A DNA stretch of 46,355 bases from a virus (Duplodnaviria > Caudoviricetes), in the IMG/VR virus record IMGVR_UViG_3300011102_000427, positions 1 to 46,355 of that record; one strand, given 5' to 3'. The position numbers were made by a program, and so were the translations under genes. Positions 9,102-17,955 of this stretch are shown piece after piece (position 1 is the first letter of the stretch; every line of letters begins with the position of its first letter). The notes under the pieces were generated by a model. That model was not told the DNA's origin. It saw only the letters and a list, made by a program, of their open reading frames with translations, and ran no database searches.

Positions 9102-9358
9102 ACAAGAACCTTCGCGCTGCAGGCCTTGCAGCATTCGTCGAGGCGGAATATAACCACGGGGTGCAGGTGGAGGAAACGCACGCGCGGCTCTCTACCACGC
9201 ACACCGCTGGCTGCCGCTGCTTCGAGTGCGAAGCCGTCAATCGCCTGCGGAAGGAACTCGTCCGCCCCTATGACGTGGATGCCGTGCCGGAAGAGTTCCT
9301 CGCCGCCCACATTCGTTTTCACCTCAACCGCCGGAAGAATACGGCAAAGGGATCGTAA
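9098..9358 (+). CDS. Hypothetical protein (HxxxCxCxxC)
   Basis: 86 aa containing HTAGCRCFEC. Confidence 0.65.
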   Translation: MNKNLRAAGLAAFVEAEYNHGVQVEETHARLSTTHTAGCRCFECEAVNRLRKELVRPYDVDAVPEEFLAAHIRFHLNRRKNTAKGS

Positions 9359-9362
9359 GACC

Positions 9363-9641
9363 ATGTCTGCAATCAAGAATCTCGCTGCAACCAAGTACCG
9401 CGCGTTTCCCAAGGGCGACGGACAGCCGCGCGCCCCTCAGCGTTTGGACGTGCAGCCAGGATACGCCTCGCTCACGCCCCGCGAGCAGGCAATCCAATCC
9501 CGCATCCACGAACTGCAGGGAAAGGGCCATAGCGCAAAGTTCATCGCGGGTGTGATCTCGCAGGAGTTCAAGATCTGCATGCTCGAGGGTGTGGTGAAGC
9601 AGTACATCACCGGCATCTCGACCTGTGAGCCGCTGTACTAG
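9363..9641 (+). CDS. Hypothetical protein, possible HTH
   Basis: Start moved to ATG 9363 (MSAIKN); LTPREQAI...GHSAKFIA resembles an HTH. Confidence 0.55.
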   Translation: MSAIKNLAATKYRAFPKGDGQPRAPQRLDVQPGYASLTPREQAIQSRIHELQGKGHSAKFIAGVISQEFKICMLEGVVKQYITGISTCEPLY

Positions 9642-9651
9642 GATCGCAGCC

Positions 9652-9921
9652 ATGCCCATGCACACATACTACGAGTACCCGATTTCGGGCAGGCCCGTTA
9701 CCGTGACGCGGCGCTCCCCGTACACCAACCAGCTCAACACAAGGGTCCTGGACTGCGATATCGCGCAGATCAGAGCCTGGGAAGCCGGAGAGCTGATTCA
9801 GAACGCCCTGCCGCAACTCACTCCGGACGAGCGGGAATTCCTGCTCTCTGGGCTGACGCCCGAAGATTGGCAGGACATGATTGGCAAGGAAGAACAGCAC
9901 AACAACCAACAGGACACTTGA
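9652..9921 (+). CDS. Conserved phage hypothetical protein
   Basis: LIQNALPQLTPDEREFLLSGLTPEDW motif, recalled from many phage early proteins. Confidence 0.75.
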   Translation: MPMHTYYEYPISGRPVTVTRRSPYTNQLNTRVLDCDIAQIRAWEAGELIQNALPQLTPDEREFLLSGLTPEDWQDMIGKEEQHNNQQDT

Positions 9922-9922
9922 A

Positions 9923-10258
9923 GTGAATACCAAGCCTTACCACACAAACCACTTTGGTCTCTACACCCTGTACAACGGCGCGAACAAGGTGTATGCGCAT
10001 ACGCTCGTCGGCCAGAAGTTCGTTCATGTGAAGGACGAAAAGGGCCGCACGAGCCTGGCCGAGCTTCCTGTCGCCGCACACGAAACTTCCCTCCTGGCCG
10101 GCGAGTTCAAGTCCCCGCGCACTTCGCTGGAGGACAAGCTGGTGAAGAGCGGCGTGCTTCCTCGCAACTACCGCACTGGGGACAAGAAGCGGAAGCTGCG
10201 AGACTGGGAAGCCATGACGTATGCCCGCGCGCTCTCCCCCGTCGAGTCCTACCAGTGA
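9923..10258 (+). CDS. Hypothetical protein
   Basis: Probable GTG start at 9923; tiles the operon. Confidence 0.6.
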   Translation: MNTKPYHTNHFGLYTLYNGANKVYAHTLVGQKFVHVKDEKGRTSLAELPVAAHETSLLAGEFKSPRTSLEDKLVKSGVLPRNYRTGDKKRKLRDWEAMTYARALSPVESYQ

Positions 10259-10326
10259 TGTGCGGGCAATCGTTCCAGACGATGGGGGTGGGGCCTTCCT
10301 CACCCCCGTCCAGGAAGTTGGAGGGG

Positions 10327-10599
10327 ATGTACTGTCATCCCCTGCCTGACTCCAACCTCCTAGAAATCGGCGCCCGGGACAACTGCGCCAATTGCGGTCG
10401 TCCTGGGTTCTTTAACATCCAGCGCATTCAGAAGCCTGCAAACTTCGATCGCACGCTGGAACTCGGGCTGCTGAACGTAGATATCCACGTCGGCCCGCTC
10501 GAGCCTGTCCTCTCCACTGCCGGCAAGCCGAACGAGCACATCTGCCCGACGTGCAAACTGCAGTGGCTCGACCCTGTGAAGTTCAATCAAGGAGAATGA
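10327..10599 (+). CDS. Putative zinc-binding protein
   Basis: GGAGGGG RBS before ATG 10327; CANC...CPTC. Confidence 0.6.
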   Translation: MYCHPLPDSNLLEIGARDNCANCGRPGFFNIQRIQKPANFDRTLELGLLNVDIHVGPLEPVLSTAGKPNEHICPTCKLQWLDPVKFNQGE

Positions 10600-10600
10600 G

Positions 10601-10789
10601 ATGAACGCGGAAGCCAAGACGGAAAACAAGGCCGCCTCCAACTCCTCATACGGGGAGTTCTTCAACAAACTGAAGTCCGGAAAACCGGTGGCTGTGTGTC
10701 GGCGCTGTGGCAGGCTCCTTACGGACGAAGCGTCAGTGAAGGTGGGCATCGGTCCTGAATGCGCGGCGAAGGAAGCCGCAGGGGAGTAG
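10601..10789 (+). CDS. DUF6011-like zinc finger protein
   Basis: CRRCGRLLTDEASVKVGIGPECA signature; AAGGAG RBS. Confidence 0.8.
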   Translation: MNAEAKTENKAASNSSYGEFFNKLKSGKPVAVCRRCGRLLTDEASVKVGIGPECAAKEAAGE

Positions 10790-10792
10790 CCT

Positions 10793-11113
10793 ATGTGGGC
10801 GACTGGAACGAGGGTGGTAAGTTTACGCACCTTGAGAAACCGCCCTTTCCCTAATAGTGGGATGACCATGCCCGCTGGGACCCTTGGCACAGTAATAGTT
10901 CGGCCAGTGCCAAAGCTTATCGCGGAAGTAGCTGCTCTAAAAGACACTTTCGCTTTCTGGGTGGTCCCGGAAGGAGGCTATTCCGCTGGCTGGGCTATGG
11001 GGTATGAATGGAAGGAAGTCCCTCGGGATGAGGAGCAAGGCTCCTGGGGGGAGATCGCCAAGGAAACTGGATGGAATCCTTTGAAGGATAAGGAGTCCTC
11101 CCATGGCCGTTAA
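10793..11113 (+). CDS. Hypothetical protein
   Basis: 106 aa, GGGGAG RBS. Confidence 0.65.
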   Translation: MWATGTRVVSLRTLRNRPFPNSGMTMPAGTLGTVIVRPVPKLIAEVAALKDTFAFWVVPEGGYSAGWAMGYEWKEVPRDEEQGSWGEIAKETGWNPLKDKESSHGR

Positions 11114-11543
11114 ACCCCTATCCTCCTACCCCAAGGAGTTCTTCGACGTGTGGAAGCTTGCTGTCGCTGGCAAGCTTTCCATCGAGTTTCCGAAGCGCGC
11201 AACAGCGATCAACCTGCGTACCCGCTTGTACGCATATCGAAAGCGGCTGGATGAACAATCCCCGCAACTCGCAGCGCCTTTAAAGGCCGTGGACTTGATA
11301 GTCGAGCCAAAGGAGCCAGGCTCCAATCCCGACGCTCCCCACATCCTGAAGGGCGCCATCCTTCCCTGGAAAGCTCAGGTCCGGGAACTCGCAAAGGACC
11401 TGCCCGACAACGCCATCCCCTCACCTGGAGGAATTGCCCTGCCCCTATCCGCCACAACACCTGAAGAAATCAAGCACGTCCTGCCAGATGCCATGGATTC
11501 TACACTGCAGAACCTGGGATTTGGGACAGGGGATAAAGAATAA
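11103..11543 (+). CDS. Hypothetical protein
   Basis: 146 aa, TAAGGAG RBS. Confidence 0.75.
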   Translation: MAVKPLSSYPKEFFDVWKLAVAGKLSIEFPKRATAINLRTRLYAYRKRLDEQSPQLAAPLKAVDLIVEPKEPGSNPDAPHILKGAILPWKAQVRELAKDLPDNAIPSPGGIALPLSATTPEEIKHVLPDAMDSTLQNLGFGTGDKE

Positions 11544-11574
11544 CGCTACCATTAACTAAGAATTAATGGTAACA
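11544..11574. promoter_or_regulatory. 31-bp palindrome, copy 2
   Basis: CGCTACCATTAA-CTAAGAA-TTAATGGTAACA. Confidence 0.85.
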
Positions 11575-11592
11575 ACAACGGAAACACGCTGA

Positions 11593-12390
11593 ATGGCAAA
11601 CGATACGCCTAAGCTTTCCAAACTCTCCGACTACGGCCGGAGCCTACTCGCCGCCCTGGACGAGGACCCGCAAGAGCACCAGAAGGAAGTGCAAGCGCGA
11701 CTCCAGGGGAAGAAGATCACGAAACCTAAGGAGGATAAAGTCCTCCAAGCCCTGCAGTCTGGCACAGCGAAGATCGGCCCGACAATCGCTGAAGCCGCGG
11801 CAGCTCTCGAACAGCGTGCGGCGATGTGGCGGGAGGATGCCTATTGCATCTTCATCGCGCATTGCTACTGCAAAAATTGTGGAGCGCGTTGGACTGGTCA
11901 GATGGACCCCAACGTTTACCTGCGATCGCGAAAGACCAAGAAGGATGAATCCAATCCCTATATGTACGTGCCCGTGCGGAGCATCTCGAACTGGTCCCTC
12001 CCGCGACTCAGGATTTCAACCTTCTATTCCCTCTTGACCTGCGAACGCTGCTTCGAGGGCCTCAAATGTCTACCTTCATCCACCAATTCTCAGGTAAGTA
12101 CCGGATCACCCGTGGTCCAGGTAGCTACGTCGGACGGATCGTTCGCTTCAAGCCCGGCACCAGTGCCACCTGCCAGTACATCGGAAGCGGGTGGCGAAAC
12201 GTCCAGCGCATTCGAGGAACCCTGGGAGGCCAGGAAGTTGAACTCCGCAACGTCTCCCTCTCCAAGGTTAAGCAACGTGGGGTTCCCTGCACTTGCGGAC
12301 GCCTTGCATACCCTCATCGACATACCAGGGAGTGTCCCTCAAGCCTCGACCCCAACGACCCAGACCTCGACCGAGGAGAATGATCAGTGA
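11593..12390 (+). CDS. Zinc-ribbon hypothetical protein with low-complexity tail
   Basis: CKNC...CERC; the last ~108 codons overlap a second ORF. Confidence 0.7.
   Translation: MANDTPKLSKLSDYGRSLLAALDEDPQEHQKEVQARLQGKKITKPKEDKVLQALQSGTAKIGPTIAEAAAALEQRAAMWREDAYCIFIAHCYCKNCGARWTGQMDPNVYLRSRKTKKDESNPYMYVPVRSISNWSLPRLRISTFYSLLTCERCFEGLKCLPSSTNSQVSTGSPVVQVATSDGSFASSPAPVPPASTSEAGGETSSAFEEPWEARKLNSATSPSPRLSNVGFPALADALHTLIDIPGSVPQASTPTTQTSTEENDQ
12066..12383 (+). CDS. Nested hypothetical protein (CxC..YPHR..C)
   Basis: 105 aa, GAGGG RBS, CTCGRLAYPHRHTREC motif. Confidence 0.6.
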   Translation: MSTFIHQFSGKYRITRGPGSYVGRIVRFKPGTSATCQYIGSGWRNVQRIRGTLGGQEVELRNVSLSKVKQRGVPCTCGRLAYPHRHTRECPSSLDPNDPDLDRGE

Positions 12391-13310
12391 GTTGGACGCG
12401 CATTCGGCCCATGCTGGGGGCGAAGATCAAAGGGGATATCGAGGCCCTGCCATATCCCCTCTACGCTTCCCCCAAGATCGACGGGATCAGGGCGCTTGTG
12501 GTAGGAGGAAAGCTATACTCCCGCAAGCTCCTGCCAATCCCCAATGAGTTCACCCAGGCTTGTTTCTCCGGACTGCCGGAAGGGCTGGATGGGGAACTCG
12601 CTGTCGGGGACCTGACAGACCCGAACTTGATGCAGCGGTGCATGTCCGGGATCATGTCCCAAGGCGGATGCCCCGTCGTATCCTTCAACCTGTTTGACAC
12701 TTTCTCCAACCCGAACTATCCATATTGGAGGCGGCTTGAACTTGTCCAGAACTGGCAGAAGCGTTGCGGAATCACAGGCGTTGAGGTTGTTCCTCAAACG
12801 CTTATCCACACAGCAGAAGAACTCAGGGAGTACGAAGCAGCCCAGCTTCGACGAGGCTACGAGGGTGTCATTCTGCGCACCCCGACCAGCAAATACAAGT
12901 TTGGCCGTAGCACTGAACGTGAAGCGTATCTGCTTAAGCTCAAACGCTACACGGACGGCGAAGCTGTCGTCACTGGCTTCGAGGAACTCGAGCATAATTT
13001 CAACGATCTCGAGCGAGACGAACTGGGATACGCGAAAAGATCTCATCATGCAACAGGTAAGGTTGCAGGTGGAGTACTGGGAGCTCTTCTATGCCGAGAC
13101 CTGGAAACGGGACAGACCGTACGTCTCGGAACTGGCTTTACGGCTGCAGAGCGGGCTGCTATTTGGGCCGCTCGAGAGAGGTACCTTGGACTTTGTGTCA
13201 CCTACAAACACTTCGCAGTTACAGGAGTTAAAACTGGACGACGCCAGCCAGTGTTCAAGTGCTTCCGAGACCTCAGGGATATCGGAAGCCCCGAAGGCGC
13301 GGAAGGTTGA
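12387..13310 (+). CDS. lig: ATP-dependent DNA ligase
   Basis: Motif I SPKIDGIR, LDGEL, FNLFD, YEGVILR, LLKLK; OB fold with GTGF. Confidence 0.95.
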   Translation: MSWTRIRPMLGAKIKGDIEALPYPLYASPKIDGIRALVVGGKLYSRKLLPIPNEFTQACFSGLPEGLDGELAVGDLTDPNLMQRCMSGIMSQGGCPVVSFNLFDTFSNPNYPYWRRLELVQNWQKRCGITGVEVVPQTLIHTAEELREYEAAQLRRGYEGVILRTPTSKYKFGRSTEREAYLLKLKRYTDGEAVVTGFEELEHNFNDLERDELGYAKRSHHATGKVAGGVLGALLCRDLETGQTVRLGTGFTAAERAAIWAARERYLGLCVTYKHFAVTGVKTGRRQPVFKCFRDLRDIGSPEGAEG

Positions 13311-13327
13311 CTACGGGGATATCTGAC

Positions 13328-13684
13328 ATGAACAACTCAAACGAAGCAGTCGTCGACGTGAACGAGGATTTCCACAATCGCCTGAAGCAGGCGGAGGTGA
13401 GGAGCCTGAGAACCTCCTATGACAAGGCAGTGGAGGAAGTCCGAGGCTTCCCGTCACAGATCCCGCAAGGATGCGAGAAAGACTACGTGCGCACTCGCAT
13501 CCCGCCCACCAGGTTTCGTATCACACGCACAGGTTTCCTGCGATACGAAGTATCCGTCAGCTACCTCGGCTTGCCGATGCAGTTCCTCTGTCGGCGGCTC
13601 ACCGCCTGGGGAGCGCGGGCTGCGGTGCATCGTCTGACGGAGCGGTACGGGATTGCCAGGGTAGAAGTGGAGGGGTTGTACTAA
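13328..13684 (+). CDS. Hypothetical protein
   Basis: Start moved to ATG 13328; TAATG coupling to the next gene. Confidence 0.6.
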   Translation: MNNSNEAVVDVNEDFHNRLKQAEVRSLRTSYDKAVEEVRGFPSQIPQGCEKDYVRTRIPPTRFRITRTGFLRYEVSVSYLGLPMQFLCRRLTAWGARAAVHRLTERYGIARVEVEGLY

Positions 13685-13980
13685 TGAGCAAAGAACTTGA
13701 ATCGGCGCTGGTCGATACCTTCGATGCGGCTTATGAAGCTGAATGGGAGCGCGTAGCCGAGAGCGCCGAAGGTTCCGACGCGTCTGGTGTCGCGGACCGT
13801 GCCGCCACCCTTGCCGGTATTCGTGCTGTGCATGCCGCCCTTCTGGCCAAGATCGAAGCGGCGGACAGGTTGGCAAACAGCATCGAGTCCTACCTCAACT
13901 TCGATGAGGTTACGATGCGCGTGCTGGAGGAATCCCTCGCCGCCTACCGCAACCAGCAGCCCGCTGGAGGTGGGGAGTGA
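13684..13980 (+). CDS. Hypothetical protein
   Basis: Start ATG 13684 (MSKELES), GGAGG RBS. Confidence 0.65.
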   Translation: MSKELESALVDTFDAAYEAEWERVAESAEGSDASGVADRAATLAGIRAVHAALLAKIEAADRLANSIESYLNFDEVTMRVLEESLAAYRNQQPAGGGE

Positions 13981-14129
13981 TAGTCAAAGAAAAGAAACAG
14001 CGCGACCGTCCGCTGGTCGATCCGTGTCCCGAGTGCAAGACAGAGCATCACTCAATCCTGCCGTCATACGGCAATTGCCAGAACTGTCTGCGCCTGCGGC
14101 AAGAGTTTTTGGACAGGAGAAAGCCATGA
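13977..14129 (+). CDS. 50-aa zinc-finger protein (absent from the ORF track)
   Basis: GTG start; MIVKEKKQRDRPLVDPCPECKTEHHSILPSYGNCQNCLRLRQEFLDRRKP; GTGA and ATGA overlaps on both sides. Confidence 0.6.
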   Translation: MIVKEKKQRDRPLVDPCPECKTEHHSILPSYGNCQNCLRLRQEFLDRRKP

Positions 14130-14611
14130 CCACCGACTCCCGGCAGCAGGGGGTGTGCCCGAAGTGCAAGGGTAGCAAGGTACGGCATGTCGCTGGCGCG
14201 GGCGATGCCGTGCATACACTGTACTGCGACGCCTGCAACGGCACCGGCCAGCAGCTCGCCCAGCCTCAGCGCACCTTCCACAGCAAGAGCGAGGCGAAGC
14301 GCGTCACAGCGATGATGCAGCAGCCCGCCCAGCCCGGCAGCGGGGAGACGGTGCAGCGATATAGTATTCGCCACCTAATCGACAGCGACAACGTGCTGGA
14401 GTGGCCACGCGCCCTGCGCAAAGGCCCAGATGTTGTGCTCGCTAGCGACTACGACCGCCTCCAATCCGCCCTCACCGCTGCGCAGGAGCAACTCCGCAAC
14501 ACCCGTGAGTGGATACTGCGTGCCGACAAGCTGCTGGCCGAGGCTGGCTACGCACCGGACTGTTCCATCCGTCACGCGCTGGCATGTGGATTGCCGAGTG
14601 AGCAGCCATGA
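14126..14611 (+). CDS. Hypothetical protein with DnaJ-type zinc finger
   Basis: AGGAG RBS; CPKCKG...CDACNGTG. Confidence 0.65.
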   Translation: MTTDSRQQGVCPKCKGSKVRHVAGAGDAVHTLYCDACNGTGQQLAQPQRTFHSKSEAKRVTAMMQQPAQPGSGETVQRYSIRHLIDSDNVLEWPRALRKGPDVVLASDYDRLQSALTAAQEQLRNTREWILRADKLLAEAGYAPDCSIRHALACGLPSEQP

Positions 14612-14958
14612 AAATTCTCCCTCACTCGCAAGTCTTCAATCGCTTGCTTTTCGAAGCAGGTTTATCCATGCGCGTTGTGCCGTCAGGATTTATCCATACC
14701 GACCTGACCCGCGTAGCAAAAGTGATGGCAGGAGAAGAGTTCATGGCCAGGATCACGTTTAAAGCCTACAAAGGCAACCAGCTGCAAGAGACCTCTTACA
14801 CCTCACAACAGGATGTGCGGGAGGCAAAGGTTATCCTGTATCGAAAGCTGCTGGAGGAAAGAAAGCTGACCCATGTGGAAGTGTATTCCGCAGGGGTGCT
14901 GGTGCAAACGATGGTACCTATGAAGAAAGAAGGAAAAGATGGACATGAGAACACCTGA
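14608..14958 (+). CDS. Hypothetical protein
   Basis: 116 aa, ATGA overlap. Confidence 0.6.
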   Translation: MKILPHSQVFNRLLFEAGLSMRVVPSGFIHTDLTRVAKVMAGEEFMARITFKAYKGNQLQETSYTSQQDVREAKVILYRKLLEERKLTHVEVYSAGVLVQTMVPMKKEGKDGHENT

Positions 14959-15361
14959 AGAAATCGTAGCTCGTATCAAGGAGCGCGAGAATATAGACTT
15001 CTTCGGCTTCGAGCGAGTCGATTACATCGAGCGACTTGACTTCCAGCACGCCAAGGAATTCTTGGTGGAAGCGGCGACAGAGGAACAATGGGAACCAGCG
15101 CCGTACACCCGCGAAGCTATTCTTCAAAGAATGAAGGAGTACATGCCCTTCGCCTGGGAGAAGGCCAACAACTTTCGCGGCCTGTCGGCGATGCGGAGCA
15201 TGCACCACTATACTGCCTGGATTTGGCTTCTTGGAGACGACCTGGGAGATTTGCTGGCCTATGAAAATTACGGCAAAGACAACCTGGTCAAGATCTGCGA
15301 GAAGTACGGCTGGGATCATACACAGTGGGATGATGGCGTGAGGAAGAACCATGAAGATTGA
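14945..15361 (+). CDS. Conserved phage hypothetical protein
   Basis: MRTPEEIVARIK...YMPFAWEKANNFRGLSA...YGKDNL. Confidence 0.75.
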   Translation: MRTPEEIVARIKERENIDFFGFERVDYIERLDFQHAKEFLVEAATEEQWEPAPYTREAILQRMKEYMPFAWEKANNFRGLSAMRSMHHYTAWIWLLGDDLGDLLAYENYGKDNLVKICEKYGWDHTQWDDGVRKNHED

Positions 15362-16199
15362 AGTACTCGACCATGGATATGTGGAGTTTGTGGAGGCGTG
15401 GGGAGTGGGAAACTCTACGTCTTATGGCAGTCATGAAGGGGACTACGAGCGTGGCATCATCGAAGCCGCCCGGCAGTCGACCCAGGGGAGTTTCAGGGGG
15501 TGGGAACCGGCAGCTTGTGACTGTGATCACGCGGAACGCGAAGCGAAGATGCACAAGGAAAGCAATGAGGTTCACAACCTCTTTGCGCCGGACAAACTTC
15601 CTACTGTCGCACACCGCCCCGAGTGTGCCTCCCTCAAGTCCCCAGGCGACGCCCGCCTCCTTTCCTACCTCTACCGCAACAACCACTCTGGTCCCTTCGA
15701 GTTCGCGGGAATGGTGCTCGAGATCCAGGCCCCGATCTTTGTGTTCAGGGAATGGCATCGGCATCGGACGCAGAGCTACAACGAGGCGAGCGCGAGGTAT
15801 GCACCGCTGGCGAACTTGAATTACGTTCCCTCCATCGAACGCTTGATGGCCAATGCTGGGACCAACAAGCAGGCCGGTTCAACCGGGGCTGTTCTGGATA
15901 AAACCGGGGCTGAACACTTCCAGCGCGCCTTGGTGGCGAACTACCAGGGGCTGGAGTTGGACTATCAAAGCGCACTGGAAATGGGCGTCCCGAAGGAACT
16001 CGCCCGCCTCGTCCTCCCCGTCGGCAGGTATTCCAAAATGCGGGCGAGCGCGAACCTCTGGAACTGGATGAGGTTTGTGACCCTGCGGTGTGATCCCGCC
16101 GCCCAGTGGGAAATCCGGCAGTACGCACATGCTGTATCCGAGATCATTCGGGAAAAGTTCCCGCGGACGCATGAGCTGTGGAGGGAGGAGAAGGTATGA
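15351..16199 (+). CDS. thyX: FAD-dependent thymidylate synthase
   Basis: HSGPFE, REWHRHRTQSYNEASARY (RHRx7S), ELARLVLP, AQWEIR. Confidence 0.95.
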   Translation: MKIEVLDHGYVEFVEAWGVGNSTSYGSHEGDYERGIIEAARQSTQGSFRGWEPAACDCDHAEREAKMHKESNEVHNLFAPDKLPTVAHRPECASLKSPGDARLLSYLYRNNHSGPFEFAGMVLEIQAPIFVFREWHRHRTQSYNEASARYAPLANLNYVPSIERLMANAGTNKQAGSTGAVLDKTGAEHFQRALVANYQGLELDYQSALEMGVPKELARLVLPVGRYSKMRASANLWNWMRFVTLRCDPAAQWEIRQYAHAVSEIIREKFPRTHELWREEKV

Positions 16200-16522
16200 A
16201 CACCCCCTGCCGCAACTGTGGGGAGTTCTTTCCCAACCACGAGCCAGGCACCACCGCCTGTCCGCAGAAGTTCTTCTACACTCCACAGCCGCAAAAGCGC
16301 GGCCAAACCTGGTGGGGCTCCATCGTCGAAGCCAAGGCCAATATCGCCGTCGGCTTCGGAGTGGCCATGGCCGCAAACGCTGTGGTCCTGCCGGCTTTTG
16401 GTTATCCTGTAACCGTCGCGGATAACCTGGGCATCACAGTCGTTTTCACAGTTATCTCCGTCGTTCGACAGCTGATCGTGCGGAGGTTCTTCAACAACCT
16501 GAAATGGGGACATCATAAGTGA
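16196..16522 (+). CDS. Small membrane protein with N-terminal Cys motif
   Basis: CRNC...H...C followed by two hydrophobic helices ending VRRFFN. Confidence 0.65.
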   Translation: MNTPCRNCGEFFPNHEPGTTACPQKFFYTPQPQKRGQTWWGSIVEAKANIAVGFGVAMAANAVVLPAFGYPVTVADNLGITVVFTVISVVRQLIVRRFFNNLKWGHHK

Positions 16523-16782
16523 GACTCTTTCAGCTATTGAAGGACCTCTTCAAGAAGCCTCCTCCCCAACGAGTCCGTTGGATCGAGACTCGTGGCTGCA
16601 TGGCCCAGATCGACTACAAAGTTGAATGGGGAACTGTGATTGGTCGAGGGCTCATTAAGTCTTATGGCTTGGCAACGCCAAAAGATTCCTACAAAATCCA
16701 GATGGATAATGGAGAGGTCTTTTATTGGCCTGTCGAGCAGTTCTTCCATACCCCTGATGGGGTTCTTGAGTATAAATACTAA
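16519..16782 (+). CDS. Hypothetical protein
   Basis: 87 aa, GTG start overlapping the upstream stop. Confidence 0.55.
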   Translation: MRLFQLLKDLFKKPPPQRVRWIETRGCMAQIDYKVEWGTVIGRGLIKSYGLATPKDSYKIQMDNGEVFYWPVEQFFHTPDGVLEYKY

Positions 16783-16792
16783 GGAGAATTAA

Positions 16793-17374
16793 ATGATCAC
16801 CGAAAGACCTACTCATCCTGAACTCGTTCGTGCCCTCGCGAAACCGGGAGCGGATATCCTTGCCACCCTCACGCCAGCCAAGGTAAACCTTTGGCACGCG
16901 ATCACAGGGATTTCCGGCGAAGCTGCAGAGCTGCTGGAAGCGGTATGTGCAGGTCTCACCAACAGGGAGGGGGTGAAGGAGGAGTCTGGGGACCTGTACT
17001 TCTACATCGAGCAGCTGTGCCAGGAGCTGCAATATTCCCTGAATTGGGAGCAGATCGAAAAGCGGGCCCTCGCCATCCGCGCCACACACCCTGGCACCAC
17101 GGAGGGGTTGGCTGTCCAGATTGTGGTCCGCGCCGGCGTCGTGCTGGACTTGGTGAAGAAGCACGTCATCTACAACAAGGAGCTGGACCTGGTACAGCTC
17201 GAGGCAGCGCTGATCAATCTCGCTGCGCATATCGGCGCCGTCGGCCGACTGTACTTCATGCACAGAGACCTCACGCTGAATCACAACATCAGCAAGCTCT
17301 CGAAGAGGTATGAAGGGCTGAAGTATTCCGACCAGGCGGCGCAGGCTCGGAAGGATAAGGAGGAAGGGAAGTGA
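16793..17374 (+). CDS. MazG-like nucleotide pyrophosphohydrolase
   Basis: GISGEAAELLE...KEESGDLYFY and NISKLSKRY; TAAGGAG RBS. Confidence 0.85.
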   Translation: MITERPTHPELVRALAKPGADILATLTPAKVNLWHAITGISGEAAELLEAVCAGLTNREGVKEESGDLYFYIEQLCQELQYSLNWEQIEKRALAIRATHPGTTEGLAVQIVVRAGVVLDLVKKHVIYNKELDLVQLEAALINLAAHIGAVGRLYFMHRDLTLNHNISKLSKRYEGLKYSDQAAQARKDKEEGK

Positions 17375-17955
17375 GCCGCCTCCCGCCCATTATTGGTATC
17401 ACTGGCAAGGCCGGTGTGGGGAAGGACACTCTTGCCATGTATCTTGCATCCAAGCAGGGTTATACCCGCCGAGCGTTCGCAGACCCCATCAAGGAGCTGC
17501 TGAACAAGTTATATGGCTGGAAGATGGAGGACTGGGATGATCGTGAATGGAAGGAGCGAAAGAGTATTCCAGTCACGCGTCGTGATGGCACCGTCATCTA
17601 TCTATCCCCCCGCCAGCTCGCGCAGTGGCTCGGCACCGAAGTCGGCCGCAATACCTTCGGGGAAGATTGCTGGATCAGGGTGATGGAGAGATACTACTAC
17701 CACCACCTCGACGTTGAGATCACCTCCCCTGGCCTCGTCATCCCAGACGTCCGCTTCGACAACGAGGCCAAGTGGATTCAATCCCTGGGCGGCAGGATTA
17801 TCCGCGTCTCCCGTCCCTCAGCCGCGCCGGTTGAGGCCCATATCAGCGAGGCCGGCATTGACGATATCTACGTCAATTTCTTCCTCGTCAATGGGGGTTC
17901 GATTATGTCTATGTATCACGCCGTCGATCATTATCTGGAGAACATGCATGGCTGA
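17371..17955 (+). CDS. Deoxynucleoside monophosphate kinase
   Basis: GKAGVGKDT, FADPIK, PRQLAQWLGTE, IPDVRFDNE, HISE. Confidence 0.92.
   Translation: MSRLPPIIGITGKAGVGKDTLAMYLASKQGYTRRAFADPIKELLNKLYGWKMEDWDDREWKERKSIPVTRRDGTVIYLSPRQLAQWLGTEVGRNTFGEDCWIRVMERYYYHHLDVEITSPGLVIPDVRFDNEAKWIQSLGGRIIRVSRPSAAPVEAHISEAGIDDIYVNFFLVNGGSIMSMYHAVDHYLENMHG

Noticed and set aside
10283-10306. GC hairpin GGGGGTGGGG-CCTT-CCTCACCCCC as a terminator
   Set aside because: No U-tract follows, so its function cannot be supported.
15351-17955. Hypermodified-base (dZ, 7-deazaguanine, hmU) pathway
   Set aside because: No PurZ, Que/DpdA or dCMP deaminase/hydroxymethylase was recognised; ThyX, MazG and the kinase fit ordinary dTTP supply.
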